Assembly: GCA_047495785.1 (NCBI GenBank)
Contig: JBLDXI010000017.1
Span: 3,782,001 to 3,846,000 of the forward strand
Length of the DNA: 64,000 nucleotides
Origin: Lepidodermella squamata
Lineage: Eukaryota > Animalia > Gastrotricha
Direction: 5' to 3'
The position numbers and the translations under genes were made by a program. Each line of letters opens with the position of its first letter. The stretch's first letter is position 1. The notes beneath the pieces were generated by a model. The model had not been told where the DNA came from, searched no databases, and saw nothing but the letters and a program-made list of their open reading frames with translations. Positions 48,019 to 60,170 of the stretch are shown here, piece by piece.

Positions 48019-51000
48019 CTGTATACGTACAAATTTTCACGGTAATTTTATTTTCGCGAAATTTCGCGACGACCTCGCCTCGCGAATTCAAGATTCGCGA
48101 AAATTTATCCCTCGCGATAATTGATTGCACGCGAAAATTTATCCACCGCGTAAATTAATTGCCCGCGAAAAAAAATCGCCCGCAAAGATTACGTAATTCT
48201 AGTCCGTCTTCATTAAACCTTGTATTTTATTATCGTATTCACTTCTTCCACTATTTGGATTCTATAATACGAAATACCTGCTCGAAAACAACGTTAGTTA
48301 CGGCAATCTATCAACAATTCATCACGGGCTTTAATATGCGATTAGTATTAGTATTAGTATTAGTACGAGAGGTCAGCAGAAAAGCACTGCAAGAAATTAT
48401 TACAAAAAGGCGAGGCTTCACATTCAATTTTGGACAATCAAAATTTTTGGAACTTTGATTTTAAAAATATTTGGAGATTTTGGAGACAAAACTGGTAGGC
48501 TAGGAAATAAACGAAGATTTTGATTTTCAAAGCAAGCTTTGGCAAACTGTCGCATTTTTAAAGCATCAAATTCCACGTGAGATGGATGACGACCATGCGC
48601 GATCTCGGCTAGATTGGCCATTGCGTATAGGCCGCAATCGTTGAAGTTTCGTTGTTGTGAGCAAGGCTGAACTACGATTTCGATGAATCCCTCATCGTCA
48701 ACATAGAGGCGGTAGCATTCCACGAGCTGACGTTGGGCGTGCTTCGAAAGCTGCCTGTTGAACAGCGAGTCGAAAACTTCGATCATGCCGTTAATATTCG
48801 ACGACAAAAACCAGTGCTGTCGATTCTTATCGTGGTGAATTTGTATTCCTAATGAAAATACCATGTAGGAATGGCAGAACTAAATTGAACTCTAATACAA
48901 ACCTCCTGTTCTCGGCATCGCATCGAAACCTTCGCGACTAGAAGACATCAAGGTAGAACATTGTCCTCGAGCTTCAGGATTGACTCGCTTGGAAAGCAAC
49001 TGGGTGGCGTCCATCAACTTGTCATTCAGCCAGGCCGAATTATCGCTCATTATCTCCCGCTCGCGGGTTGTCAAATGCAGTTCTGGAACCCATAAACCAG
49101 AATCGGAGCTTCCATCATCGCCATCATCAATGACAATGATATTGCTCGGGCAAGGCGTCGATGAAGGCAACTGCTTCAAATTAGAAGCGACGAGAGATAA
49201 CGGGGATTCGGTCTGAACTGACGAGGCCGAGGCGGAAATCGACGGCGAATCACCTTTCACCTCGCGAAATGGATTCTCAGTCAAGTCAGACGAGCTGGAA
49301 CGAGAAATAGCTTCGATGGGTTCAGTGATGGCCGATTCGATAGTAGGAGTAATGCGACTTGGTGGCTCTTCGGGCAGCGGCGAGCGTGGAAATAAAAGGC
49401 GCTTTCTCGACCGTGTGACAGGGCCGTCGTAGAGCTCATCTTCATCATCGAGTACGGGAAGATCATCGTCATTCAGCATTTCGGCTGGCAAAACCTCATC
49501 GAACAAAACCCCACAACGCTGCCAGCTTTTCAAGATTTTCGCACGTTCTCCTTGCAACCGCTCCCAAGCGTGAGTCAGCCAAAACGCTGTCAATGGTTTG
49601 ATGATGCTTGCTCGGGTATCTACTGGAGCCACATTTTCCGGGTCTTTCTCATAAGCTTTGAGGAATTGCTCGGTGTGCCAGGTATGGTACGATTGGCGAT
49701 AGTCAGACTTGATCGATTGATTGAGAATGAAGTCAGCAGGCTGGCATTCGCTTGTCAAATTAGGCGGAATGAAGTCAGCAGGCTGGCATTCGCTTGTCAA
49801 ATTAGGCGGAATGAAGACCGGTACCATGTTGTGTGAGCGTAAATACTCCTTGAATGACTCTGAGTGGTGGCAAGAGTTGTGATCAAGGAGGACCAAGGCC
49901 GGCTGCTCGGACGGCAAAGAGAGCGCTTCGCGGGTAGCAACGCAATACGGTGCGAGAATTTTATCGACCAGACGGATCATCGTCCCGTCTTGAGACCAGT
50001 GATTGTTGGTCTGCGTGACATCGAAAGAGGGTGGAAACACGAGGCCACGATGAGTTCGATCGGTCAAACCGGTGTAAATAACCTAAAATATAAATAATTT
50101 TAGAAAATTGAGCGACACGCAGAAACATGAAATTTAACACACCTGAAACGGTAGAAGTTCTCCGGACATGGTGGATGTCAAAATGACGGTTATTTCCCGT
50201 TTATCGTCAGCGCCGGCGATTTTGACCTGCTCGGCCCCTCGTTTCTCCATGGTCCAGTCGCCGATAGGAACTAGCTTGCAGCCCATTTGGTCGAAATTCA
50301 AAATCAGCTCAGGTGGAACGCCACACTCGAGGGCCAACCTTCGCACCAACTCACGAAATTCGCGAATTATTTCGTCTTTATTAGGCACGTCCGCCTTCGC
50401 GCTCTTCGTTCCTTTCCGCTTGACAAAATTCATGCGGCGAAACAGACTTTGCGCCCAGCTTTTTTCAAGGCGGACTCGTGACCCGCCAGGGCCATTTAAA
50501 AGCGTGGGACATTCGACCTGAACGATGGCTTTCGCGACCGAAGTTGCGACTAATGTTGAAACTGCTCCGCCTTGATCCCGTAAAGCGCGTAAAACCTGAA
50601 TGAAAAATTCAAATCTATCAAAATTGATTTTTAATTAAGGTAGATTGAAAAAACTTCTATATGAAAAAAATATGTTGGACTATCGTGAGCGCGCGCACTT
50701 GTACTATTGCCTACTTCACTCCCGCTCCCGCTCGCTATCAGTCCGCATTCCTCGCACACTTGACTGCGCGCGCGCTCACTACTCAGCCGAATTTTTCAAA
50801 ATTCAATTTTTAATTTTAATTGCGTGCTCATATGTTTTAGCCTTTCGCGCTGATTCAGATTATCTAATTTATTTCATTGAATTCCTATCTTTCGAAAAGT
50901 ATCACGAATTGACATTTTAACGCGGAAAATGAAAAATGATGAAAAAATTACGGCAAAAATCTAGTCGGGGAGCATGAAATCAAAAAGTTCTTACCTTGAT

Positions 51001-52012
51001 AATATTCTGATCGGTTCGGTCAGGCAGCATCAGCGAGGCGCCAGATTCCTTCGGAAGACTGGTTATTTGACTCGAGTCGAATTTTACAGCGCCAAGTCGC
51101 TCCAGGTACTGCTTGTAAATGCTTCGACACGTTGACTCGTTTAAAGGCGAACCGACGATCAACGAAAATTTTCGAGCTGTTTTCTGCCCACCGATTTCAC
51201 GAACTGATAGCGCGATTTTCAAACGTTGCTCTTCAGAAAGCTGATGATAACGACCAGGTCGCTTTTTGTCAGAGCTCAGAGGCGCGCCAAAATTATCGAG
51301 AGTTGCACTGATAGCTGTATTTGCGGCGGCCAGCGTCGTGATGGGTAAGTCAGGAACATCACTGTGTTTGATTTGAAAAGCGGCCTTTGGCACCGGCGAG
51401 AAGTAAGAGTTGATAAGTTTCATGCTCATTTCTTAGCTGTGTGAACGCTACTTGAGTGGCTTGACACGAGCTTAAGTGGGTACCGTTGCGAGTCGCCGCT
51501 GATTGGCTCAAACGATTAAGCCAATGAACAGTCACTGCCGTTTAACTGGTGGTTGATTGTCCGTCATGTGGTTATCAAAAGAAATGAGCGGCACGTGCCC
51601 GCGCTTATGCCTCGCCGCTACTTTTTCTTTACATCCGACCGCGACTCCATTAGTGCACCATTATAGATCGAGTAGTCGATTAGGCGCGCCTCGATTGAGC
51701 TCACTTTCCGCTTTTCGACACAGCTACCAATTTCGCACCCAACTGCTAGTATCACCCGCATCACCGGAAAGGCGCGCGCACGCGCGCAACGTAATCGCCG
51801 CGCGCGGACACTAGTTATTACGCGAAACGCGCATAACTTTTACCGAGATCGCGGTATCCTCGCGAATTCAAGATTTTCGCGAAAATTAGTGTTTTATTAC
51901 GCAATTATCCAAGGATCGCCCTCGCGAATTTAAAATTTCGCGAAAATAAAAAATGGTCATTTTTGGGCAATTCGCGAATTCAAGATTACCGCGAAAATTA
52001 GTACGTATACAG
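48019..52012 (-). mobile_element. Complete pogo-type (Tc1/mariner superfamily, DD35D) DNA transposon
   Basis: TA|CTGTATACGTAC.AATTTTC.CGGTAAT...ATTACCGCGAAAATTAGTACGTATACAG|TA. CGCGAA-type subterminal repeats occur at both ends. Confidence 0.9.
48424..51429 (-). CDS. pogo-like transposase fused to a C-terminal Ulp1/SENP (peptidase C48)-like domain, 830 aa, 4 exons (51429-50995, 50595-50143, 50082-48903, 48848-48424)
   Basis: HTH regions (YHQLSEEQRLKIA; WAQSLFRRMNFVKRKGT) and triad LNFDQ / LLDHNSCH / QPAD with 35-residue spacing. After a Ser/Pro/acidic linker come WLNDKLMD, QHWFL, VFDSL and QQRNFNDCGLYAMA. Spliced length is 2493 nt with no stops. Confidence 0.88.
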
Positions 52013-52799
52013 TAATATTTGTCCTTAAAATTCAACGTAAATTTCTGAAAAAGATATGCATCACTATAAAATTCATAGATTGCCTCAATTACTTAGAAAT
52101 ATTCCTTTTGGCTTATCTAGAATTAGGTTCATCAGCATGCAGATTTGGCTCAGCTGCAGTCAAATTTAGTACCGCTAAAAATCCCATTTAAATCGAAAGC
52201 TCCACCTACCACTCTTCCAGACTTATCGAAATTAAGGTAGATTCGAACATTTTTGGGAAGGCTTCAAAACATCAGTCCTCACAGCAGGCGCTCAGGCTTA
52301 GCCCCTGATTTTCAACCAATGGACTAACATGATGGTCTTTTCACACCAAAAATTGAGGAACATAAGTCATGAAAACTCCGTAATGTAACTCAGACCTCAC
52401 TTTGGTCGAAAAAGTCGTTTTTCGAAAATTTTCCTAAATTCATAAGCCGGACTCCTAAAGTTATGATGAGTCCATATTCAGAAAACTACGCAGAATTTTA
52501 TCGAAATAAATTCGTTTTATTGCTGCGTGGCGTTTGCACCGATTTTTGAGTTTATCTTGCTTTGAAGCCTGCTGCTGCTCTGTGGGGGACCCGATTTAAA
52601 TAATATTCTCATTTGGTTACATCGTCCGCTTGCTCTTGATATTGACTTCGTTGATAAGAGTGCTTAGTTAAATTTATGATTTTTATCGATTTTTTTTAGG
52701 CTTTTTTTATCGATTTGACGATAGCTTCCAGGTAGACGTCGATGGAACTTGGCGGGTCTCCTGGCCGCGAGCTCGCGAAGCCAATAAGTCAGCAGTTTT

Positions 52800-53430
52800 C
52801 GGAATTTGGACCTGTTGGCGTGGTTGAACTTGAACTTTGAGACAAATTGCAAAATAAATCAGTATCAGTGGAAGTCCAACATGGACCGCACCCGGAGCCG
52901 CTGCGGGCCAAACCACACCATCGTTCGGCGCCATGGGCTCTTCTTCCGCCGTCGTCTTGTCAGCTATCTCGCTCTCGTCCGCTCGATCGCCTCTTTCGGC
53001 TGCGTCGTCTTTTCGCCCGCCGCAAGGCAACAGTTGCTCATTCTCCGCGTCCTCCAGAACAAGTGCATGCGTGCTATGCTTCGTCATGCGACAGGCGACC
53101 GCTGAAGGTCTCAGGGGCATAGGTTTTGCGGGCAACTTAGTGCTCTTAGCCACATGCGCTAACTGAAAAAACACAGATCGGCTACAAATGGCTGCGAGTC
53201 AAGTCGGACTGGTGATAAATGCGAAGAAGACACAGAATTTTACTTCGAAACGTAACTTCACGATACGACTCGGCCAAGAGGAGCTGGAAAAGGCAGACGA
53301 CTTTACCTACATGGGTAGCGTTATCACCACAGACGGTGTCCGCAAAGACGTGACCGCAAGACTGAAGAAGGCGAAGCGGCTTTCGCGATGTTGGGGAAAG
53401 TCTGGCGTGATACGAGTCGGCACCATAATC
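52800..53430 (+). mobile_element. LINE C-terminal remnants (Jockey-like 52806-53105; RTE-like 53188-53430)
   Basis: LRVLQNKCMRAML; ASQVGLVINAKKTQ...DDFTYMGSVI...DVTARLKKA. Confidence 0.6.
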
Positions 53431-55049
53431 AAGATTTGTTCTGAGGGCCCGCTGTTGGAAAGTCGGATGCCCAACGCTTTCGTGGCGAACCACCATCGAG
53501 CGAGACCTCTCAGAACGCAACATGATCGAGGCCGCACAGCCTGCGGCAAGCAGGAATGGCTGAAGAGCGACCGTTGCAGGATGGGGCAAACCTTGATCTA
53601 CAACTACTTATTCCTGCTCATTTTTTGTCACGCTGCAAGCGCATGCTGTGCACGCCCCTGAAAAAAATGGAGTGCACAAGGTGAATCTGCTGCGGCGAAT
53701 AAAATCACGTTACCAATCAATAAATATGAATTAAATTAACTAAAATATTTTTGTATTCGTTAATGCTGAAAATTTATTGAAAATTTTGTCTTTGACCCTG
53801 CTGAAATTCAAAATAAGAGCGCCAAAAAGCGCCGAGAAGTTGGTCGCATAATCCCGAAACTTATCTTACTTATCTTATTGAGTCTCCCCTCAACCTGTAG
53901 CCGATCTCTCCCGCTACCCGGGCGGCTTAGTCAGCTAACAGCAAGTTGCCTACACTGCGCGCAATGCATGTTGGACTTCCACGAGAGCTTCGCGTCAAAG
54001 TGAATGCCTAAGACGCGCAAAACTTCGACCTGAGCGTCAAATGCGGTGCTGATGGTTGCTGCCCGAAAGCGAGCGCTTCACTTTTAGAGGCGCTGAACTG
54101 CTGGCCGCCTACACATCAAGACCCACAACGACCAACTTGAGCTTCTCGGCACGGCGCTGACACGCCCGATAAGCGATTTCGACGGGAAAGTCGACAGCTG
54201 AGTGGTGCTCGCAGAACGCGTATTGTCAAAAATGACGCCTACATTTTCAACGAATCGCGAAATTTAATTCTCGTTGAATAATTGACCGACCGCGAAAATA
54301 ACCACTTTAACAGTAGACAATACCACTATTGTTGGCCACCGCTTGTTACCTCCATTTGGATTGCAGCTGTATTGCTGCTTTCGAAACCATGTACATTTTT
54401 ACAGTATTTTCGGATTGTCGTGCTGGTGATTTTCTCGCGTTTTCTTGTTTTTCGAGGGGTGAATCTGAAAACAGGTCAATAGTATCGAAAACTACCATAT
54501 TTTACGAATTATAAGTCACCACCCTGTATTTTTTCGGGATTCAAGTCCTGACATGTATTTAGGGTTTGCACTTTAGTTTGTCGAACCTAATCAGTAAGTC
54601 TGAAGAGTTCCTAGATCAACAGTTGAAACCGCCGAATAACCGCTATAGCTACTGTCTTCCACCTGTGACTAAGATGGATTAATGTGGATAAATGGCGAAA
54701 ATTATTTGCTGACGCTTAATGACGACAAATCGCTACTTAGCCAGCTTGCATCACTTGCCCAGCAGGTGCTCATGCCACGTCATACAATACTCTTGCCTTT
54801 TAATACGCTTCTGTCCTTTATTATTTCAGATGACCATTACCCTCTGCCCGTTGTTCCGGTTCTGCCCTATATTTCGGTCCTGCCTAATAATTCGTAAAAT
54901 ACGGTACCTTTGCTACCAGAAAAGCTTTCATTCGCTGTCGAGTAGTTACAATATTACAATGAAATTCTCTGCCTTCGTATCTCAGGGGCATTCATGAGAT
55001 TGACCCTTTCTAAACGTCGCTAGTACTCCGTTTACTAGATAAATTCTTA

Positions 55050-55990
55050 TCCGACCTCTGTAAAAACCATAATGCTAGGCATCACCGAACTCGCTGAACC
55101 ACACAGACCGACCAAACATACTCGACGACGTTCAGCGCCGTGCACGACCGTGCTCCGAGGTTTCGGCACTGCCTGGACCTTCTTCTACTACTCGCAAACC
55201 AGCAACCTATCGAGAACATTTGGGTCGACATCCGAATAAAATCGGGGGTTCGGCGTATCCTCTATTTACAGACCATCTCGTCGTTACTAAAGGGCGTCAA
55301 TTTCCCCGCGCACGCCAAGTTTTTAACAGATCGATTATCAAATTAAGTAGCGCAAGAATTCTATTTCCTGCTGGTAGCATAATGGAAGAAGATAGCCCTC
55401 GTCATCATCAATGGCGATTCGAACATTAATACTGCAAACGCTTCGATCGCTGCTGATCTAGTCAGAACTCTTAAAGCTAATGAATTCGCTCAAATCGACG
55501 ACTCATATAGTCTTTCTATGACCACTATGGAAAGGCCTGTTTCCTGAACACTGGGTCCCCAAATTCAAAGGGTTTTTATCTTCCGGTCAAAGCGGTCAAA
55601 GTCACATTTGTGAGCAGCGCTATCTGAACACCGCGATAAGCGGCGGATGGTGAAAATTATGAGTCTCCTATTGGGGTCATCTTGATTGAGACTTGGAATT
55701 GAAGCTAGAACCCAACTCTTGCGCTCTCTATGTAAGTATTGATATAATTTGTTACCGGTCCACTCCAAGTCTCCAGCGCTCGAAGTGAATCATTGGCTCA
55801 CAAATACATCAAACTGGCGTCGGATAAAACTGCGACTGGTTTGGTGATAGCGTTTGTGCGCCAATTTCGCTGCTGGAAATTTGGGTGCGCATTTTGCAAT
55901 TGCATTTTGAGATACGTACCAAGTCATTTCTCGGCACACATGAAAGAACTTGAAAGACACGTCCCTAAAGCGTCTTTCTGAAATTTATTC
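55050..55990 (+). mobile_element. Highly decayed LINE endonuclease remnant
   Basis: IMLGITE and IENIWVDI-like segments scattered across frames. Confidence 0.35.
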
Positions 55991-56402
55991 CTGTTTGATT
56001 TTCTCAAGTGTCTTTTCTAAATATTTTCTGTTTTTTTTTGTTGTAGGAATATTTGAGTTCAGAGGTTTCCTTGACAGAAAAATGAATGCTGAAGAATATC
56101 TGCGCCTTTGATTGACGCATCAGCCACCCCGGAGCGACCACCCTCGACAAAATATATCGCCATCGTTAGTTCAAACTCGAAATCAGACACTGGTGAACGG
56201 AATCTCTGGCTATCAGTTTATCCACAGTGACTTTGAGAACAAGAAGTCATCAAACAAATAAGCAAGCGATCTCCATGACCACATCGTCCTGCCGATGACA
56301 GGGTGTGCGATTTTCATTGCACCTGAAGCTGAAGCGCGAGCTTGAAACTGGTGTCGGCAGAGAGCAAGTGCCTTGTTTTCAGGTAGTCACCGAATAGTCA
56401 GT

Positions 56403-56446
56403 TATGTATGTATGTATGTATGTATGTATGTATGTATGTATGTATG
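56403..56446. repeat. (TATG)11 microsatellite
   Basis: Read directly from the sequence. Confidence 0.95.
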
Positions 56447-57482
56447 TTATAATTTGAGTACCTAGTCAATTGTCGACAATATAACGACGCCACATGTAAT
56501 GTATAATAGGTCCAGTTAACTCAGAAAATCTGTGCTGTTCTCAGCTCGCTTCTGAGAACCTAACAGTAAACAGTAAATGGTAAATGAAAATCCTCTTCGA
56601 CCATTGGATCATTATTCCGACGTATCATGAAATTCGCATAAATCTTTATTTGTTTTTATTTACGAAGAAATTTCGGCTGTCGTTGTTGTTAAAAGACATA
56701 GCCTAGATCATTCACCAATATTTTGAAAGCGTTAGGGTCAACAGTAGTAGGGAAAACGTCTTTTTGCGGGTCTTTCCATGCGGTCATACGTGTGAAGGGA
56801 ATAATGTCCCTACACCATGCCCAGAGCTTCTTGCTGCGAGCCGGATCTGGGGATTGTGTGTGTGTGTTACTCCACTTCCATGATGGCGTTTGGAAGCTGT
56901 GCTTGGATAGTTTAACAAATCTCGACCGAATTTGAACGGTACCGCGGTCCTCAACCACTAAGGTCATAACACCGACGAATCTACGTTGGCCCAGTGGTTG
57001 CAGCCTCACTCCCGTGGCTTTGACGAACCTTACCTGCACTCGTCCAGAAGTTCAAGTACCATTGGATTCCCTGCAAAAGTATAGGCAACCATTCAGAATT
57101 CGAGTATCGGTAGTTCGTAGGTTTTGAAGGCATTTGCCATCTGACCGAGAGACAGATATGGTCTCAGTCGGAGTAGCTGGGTGATTTTTTTGCGGATGCA
57201 TTTATCCATTGACAGCACTGTCGAGCACTAGCCCCAGTAGTGTTGTTGTAGTATCTTCTTAGTCGTTCAACCTCAACTTGTTCGCGTTGCACAAGCTTTG
57301 CAAAATCGCTCGATTTTCGTTAAAGACAACAAAACTTTCCACTGGCAATAAAAGCTGATTAAATTGAATAAACGTTCAGTTTCTAATACAGTTCTGGTGA
57401 CTTTAAGTATGTAAACGTACTAAGTATTCGATTCTGAACATTTTAAAATTGAAATTATCATTAAAATCGTAAAAAAAATTAT

Positions 57483-57595
57483 CTGCCAAAAGAAGTTTAA
57501 TTTACTGCCGAAAAAGTCTTTGCTGCCAAAAAAGTACTGTCTGCCGAAAAAAGAATTCTGCTGCCAAAAAGAGATTTTTGCTGCCAAAAAAGGTT
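57483..57595. repeat. Six ~18-22 bp tandem repeats with core CTGCC(A/G)AAAAA
   Basis: Read directly from the sequence. It resembles a transposon subterminal array. Confidence 0.75.
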
Positions 57596-58459
57596 TTTTC
57601 CATATTGAAAGTTGTTGCTTGAATCTTAATTCTGTGATTCTATCAGGATTAGATTAATTAGCATTGATTTGGCGGATAACGAATTTTTATTCGTAGCATA
57701 TGACATTGGCATCGTCGACACTTCTGATTAGTCGGACTTCGTTTTTGACTAGTTTTATCTATTGTTCAGTCGTCATTTCACGATCAAAATGATGCGCGGA
57801 ATTCGATCGGGCACCAATCGATAGCTCTTGATTACAGCAATCGATTTATAAATGATGATCCATAGTGACCCTCACAGTTCGGAAATTGTTTTCGGTGACA
57901 TGTAATGCTCATACCCGAAAGGCTTAAATGCCCTATAGGCGTTATATATATATCGTTTTATCAACATTAAAGTATTTTTTCTGCATTTTGCAGGCATCGA
58001 TTGTAGCGACTTATCTAAAGTTCGCAGAAACATCTCGAAGCCATGAATACCATACATCGATAACTACGTTCACTATGATGCTATCTCCGAATGGAAACAT
58101 TTTGGAACTACAAACAGTCAAAAACGTACAGCGTGATCTGAATGGAAATCGAGCGTGCGCATCACAGCGTGAGACCAGCACTAAAGGTGAGCTTTTCATA
58201 ATTTGATTCTTCTTTTAGTTTGATAATCAAAACAGTCATTTGAGGCATTTTAAGCACATTCAATTTGTGAATTTTTCAACGAGGCTACTACCAATTGAAT
58301 GAGGACTCGCTCCGCTTTTTGTTTGAAAGAAATAGTGTTCACGGATAAAACTGTTAACTCAAACTATAATATGTATAATTGTTGAATCATGTTCATTGTT
58401 TATGATTTACAAATTCGGGCAACACCTCTATCGAAACCGCATATTTAGCTGCCTTTTCT

Positions 58460-59550
58460 TCGGCTATGATCAGGTCGAGGCATTCCTTTCTTCTTTTACG
58501 TGTAGTGTATGCTCACCTTGAGACAGAAGTTTGAGTTGCGATGATGGTCAACTAATTTTGCGCCGCTGGCATCGGGCCTACCCGTTGTGCCGAGAGCCTG
58601 ATCGTGCGCGTTGAAGTCACCGCGCATTCCTGTATCGGCGTCAGGTGTGATATGCGCCATGGCCCCATTGGGGAGAATAACTTTCGGCTGGCAGTAGACC
58701 GGTACGATTTATATGGCTGCCATCCTTTCGAGCTTGATTTGCGCCATCTGAATTTCGCAATTCTGAATTGAATAGTTCAATTTTTATGGTGTCCAAGATG
58801 AGGCGAAGTTCAGGGTAACTACTCTGAGCTTTGGCCGTTACTCGTACATGCAGCGCTACTGGCAGATGGTCAGAGCCTATATCGGTAACACTTCTACAGA
58901 TACAGCACGCTTAGCTGCCTTTTCTCCAGCTACGAACAGATCGAGGCACTCCTTCCTTCCCATACGCGTAGTATGCGTGTGCTCACCCATTGACATGAGT
59001 TACAGATTAGAGTTGCGAAGATGAAGACCCAAGTTTGCACCACTGGCATCCGCTCTACTCGTTGTTCCGAGAGCGAAATCGTGAGCGTTGAAGCCACCAC
59101 ACATTATTGCGTCTACGTCGGGTTTGATGTGAACCATGGCTGCATTAGACAGAATGATTCTCGGCGGGCAGTTTACTGATACTATTTTGATAGCTGCTAC
59201 GCCTTCAAGCTTAATTTGCCCATATTGGCTGCCGAGAGCGTAATCGTGTGCGTTGACGTCACCGCACTTATTTTATCTACATCGAACTTGATGCTACGCA
59301 GTTCGGTTTTGACTAATTTCAGCTTTTGTTCGGTCGTCATGCCCTGTTCGATCTTGGTGATAATTCGATCGAGTACCTTCGGGCTTCGGGATGACGTCAA
59401 CTTGGATGTCGACGCTTTTTTCCATCCTTTCGGCCCATTCGGTAAATGCCAGTATCGGAGCCGGTTTCAGCGTACGTCCGCCGTTGCCAGGCGTTCGTCT
59501 CCTTTTACTCGTCTGATGTTCATCCTGCATCTACGTAATATGATTTTTCT
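58460..59550 (-). mobile_element. LINE family A fragments: ORF1 end plus two tandem diverged copies of the APE segment
   Basis: 58470-58760 and 58800-59225 both match 25730-26070. Positions 59380-59445 match 26400-26465. Confidence 0.75.
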
Positions 59551-59560
59551 TGATTTTTCT

Positions 59561-59730
59561 GAGGTAAAAGTTAGCATGGAAAGCAGTGTGCATAGAAAGC
59601 AGCTGCTTTCCATGCAGTAAGCCATAATGAGTGTTTGCGTGGAAAACACTGCTTTCCAGGCAGTTTGCATGCGAGGCACATACACTGCTCTCCAGGCAAT
59701 GCTTTCCATGCAGAGTACTTGGAAGGCAAT
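59561..59730. repeat. Array of direct and inverted GCTTTCCA(T/G)GCA motifs, probable left terminus of the Mutator element
   Basis: About eight degenerate copies of GCATGGAAAGC/GCTTTCCATGC, starting where LINE homology ends. Confidence 0.55.
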
Positions 59731-60170
59731 CAAGTTACTTTCCGGGCACTGCCCTCTGTGCAGAATTTTGTGGATTTCTGCTCTTCAGGTTGATTTAATA
59801 CTGCGGTTGTAACGGGCGACTGTTTTGACTGTGTAATATTTTTTTGAAAGTATTTGGACACTGGGCGCCGCATTATTATTTTTGTGCGGGTGCCATGTGG
59901 CGACCAATCCAGCTCTCTCTCACCAACCTTAGTGCTCTCTCACCGCACAATTCATACAGCGTTCATGGCGACCGCATCTTATTTTATAGTGGCTCTAACA
60001 TCTGTTATGGGAAACATCTCATGTTTCGATAACATCCAGCATAAGATGCACATGAAGCCGCTCGTTAGCCGTTTTCTATTCGCTGTTTCTTGTTGCTGTT
60101 GTTTAGTGTTGAATTTAGCACGCATGGTTCTTGTTATTTTGCTACATTAGGCTTATTATTTTTTACGACG

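Noticed and set aside
56689-57200. Possible hAT transposase remnant (WCRDIIPF...AFKILVNDL)
   Set aside because: Only vague motif similarity, and no TIRs identified.
57483-57595. CRISPR-like spaced repeats
   Set aside because: Eukaryotic context, ~11-bp cores with very short spacers, and no cas genes.
57993-58186. Isolated exon-like segment (TTTTGCAG...AAAG|GTGAG, open frame ASIVATYLK...)
   Set aside because: No neighbouring exons or recognisable protein, so it cannot be supported as a gene.
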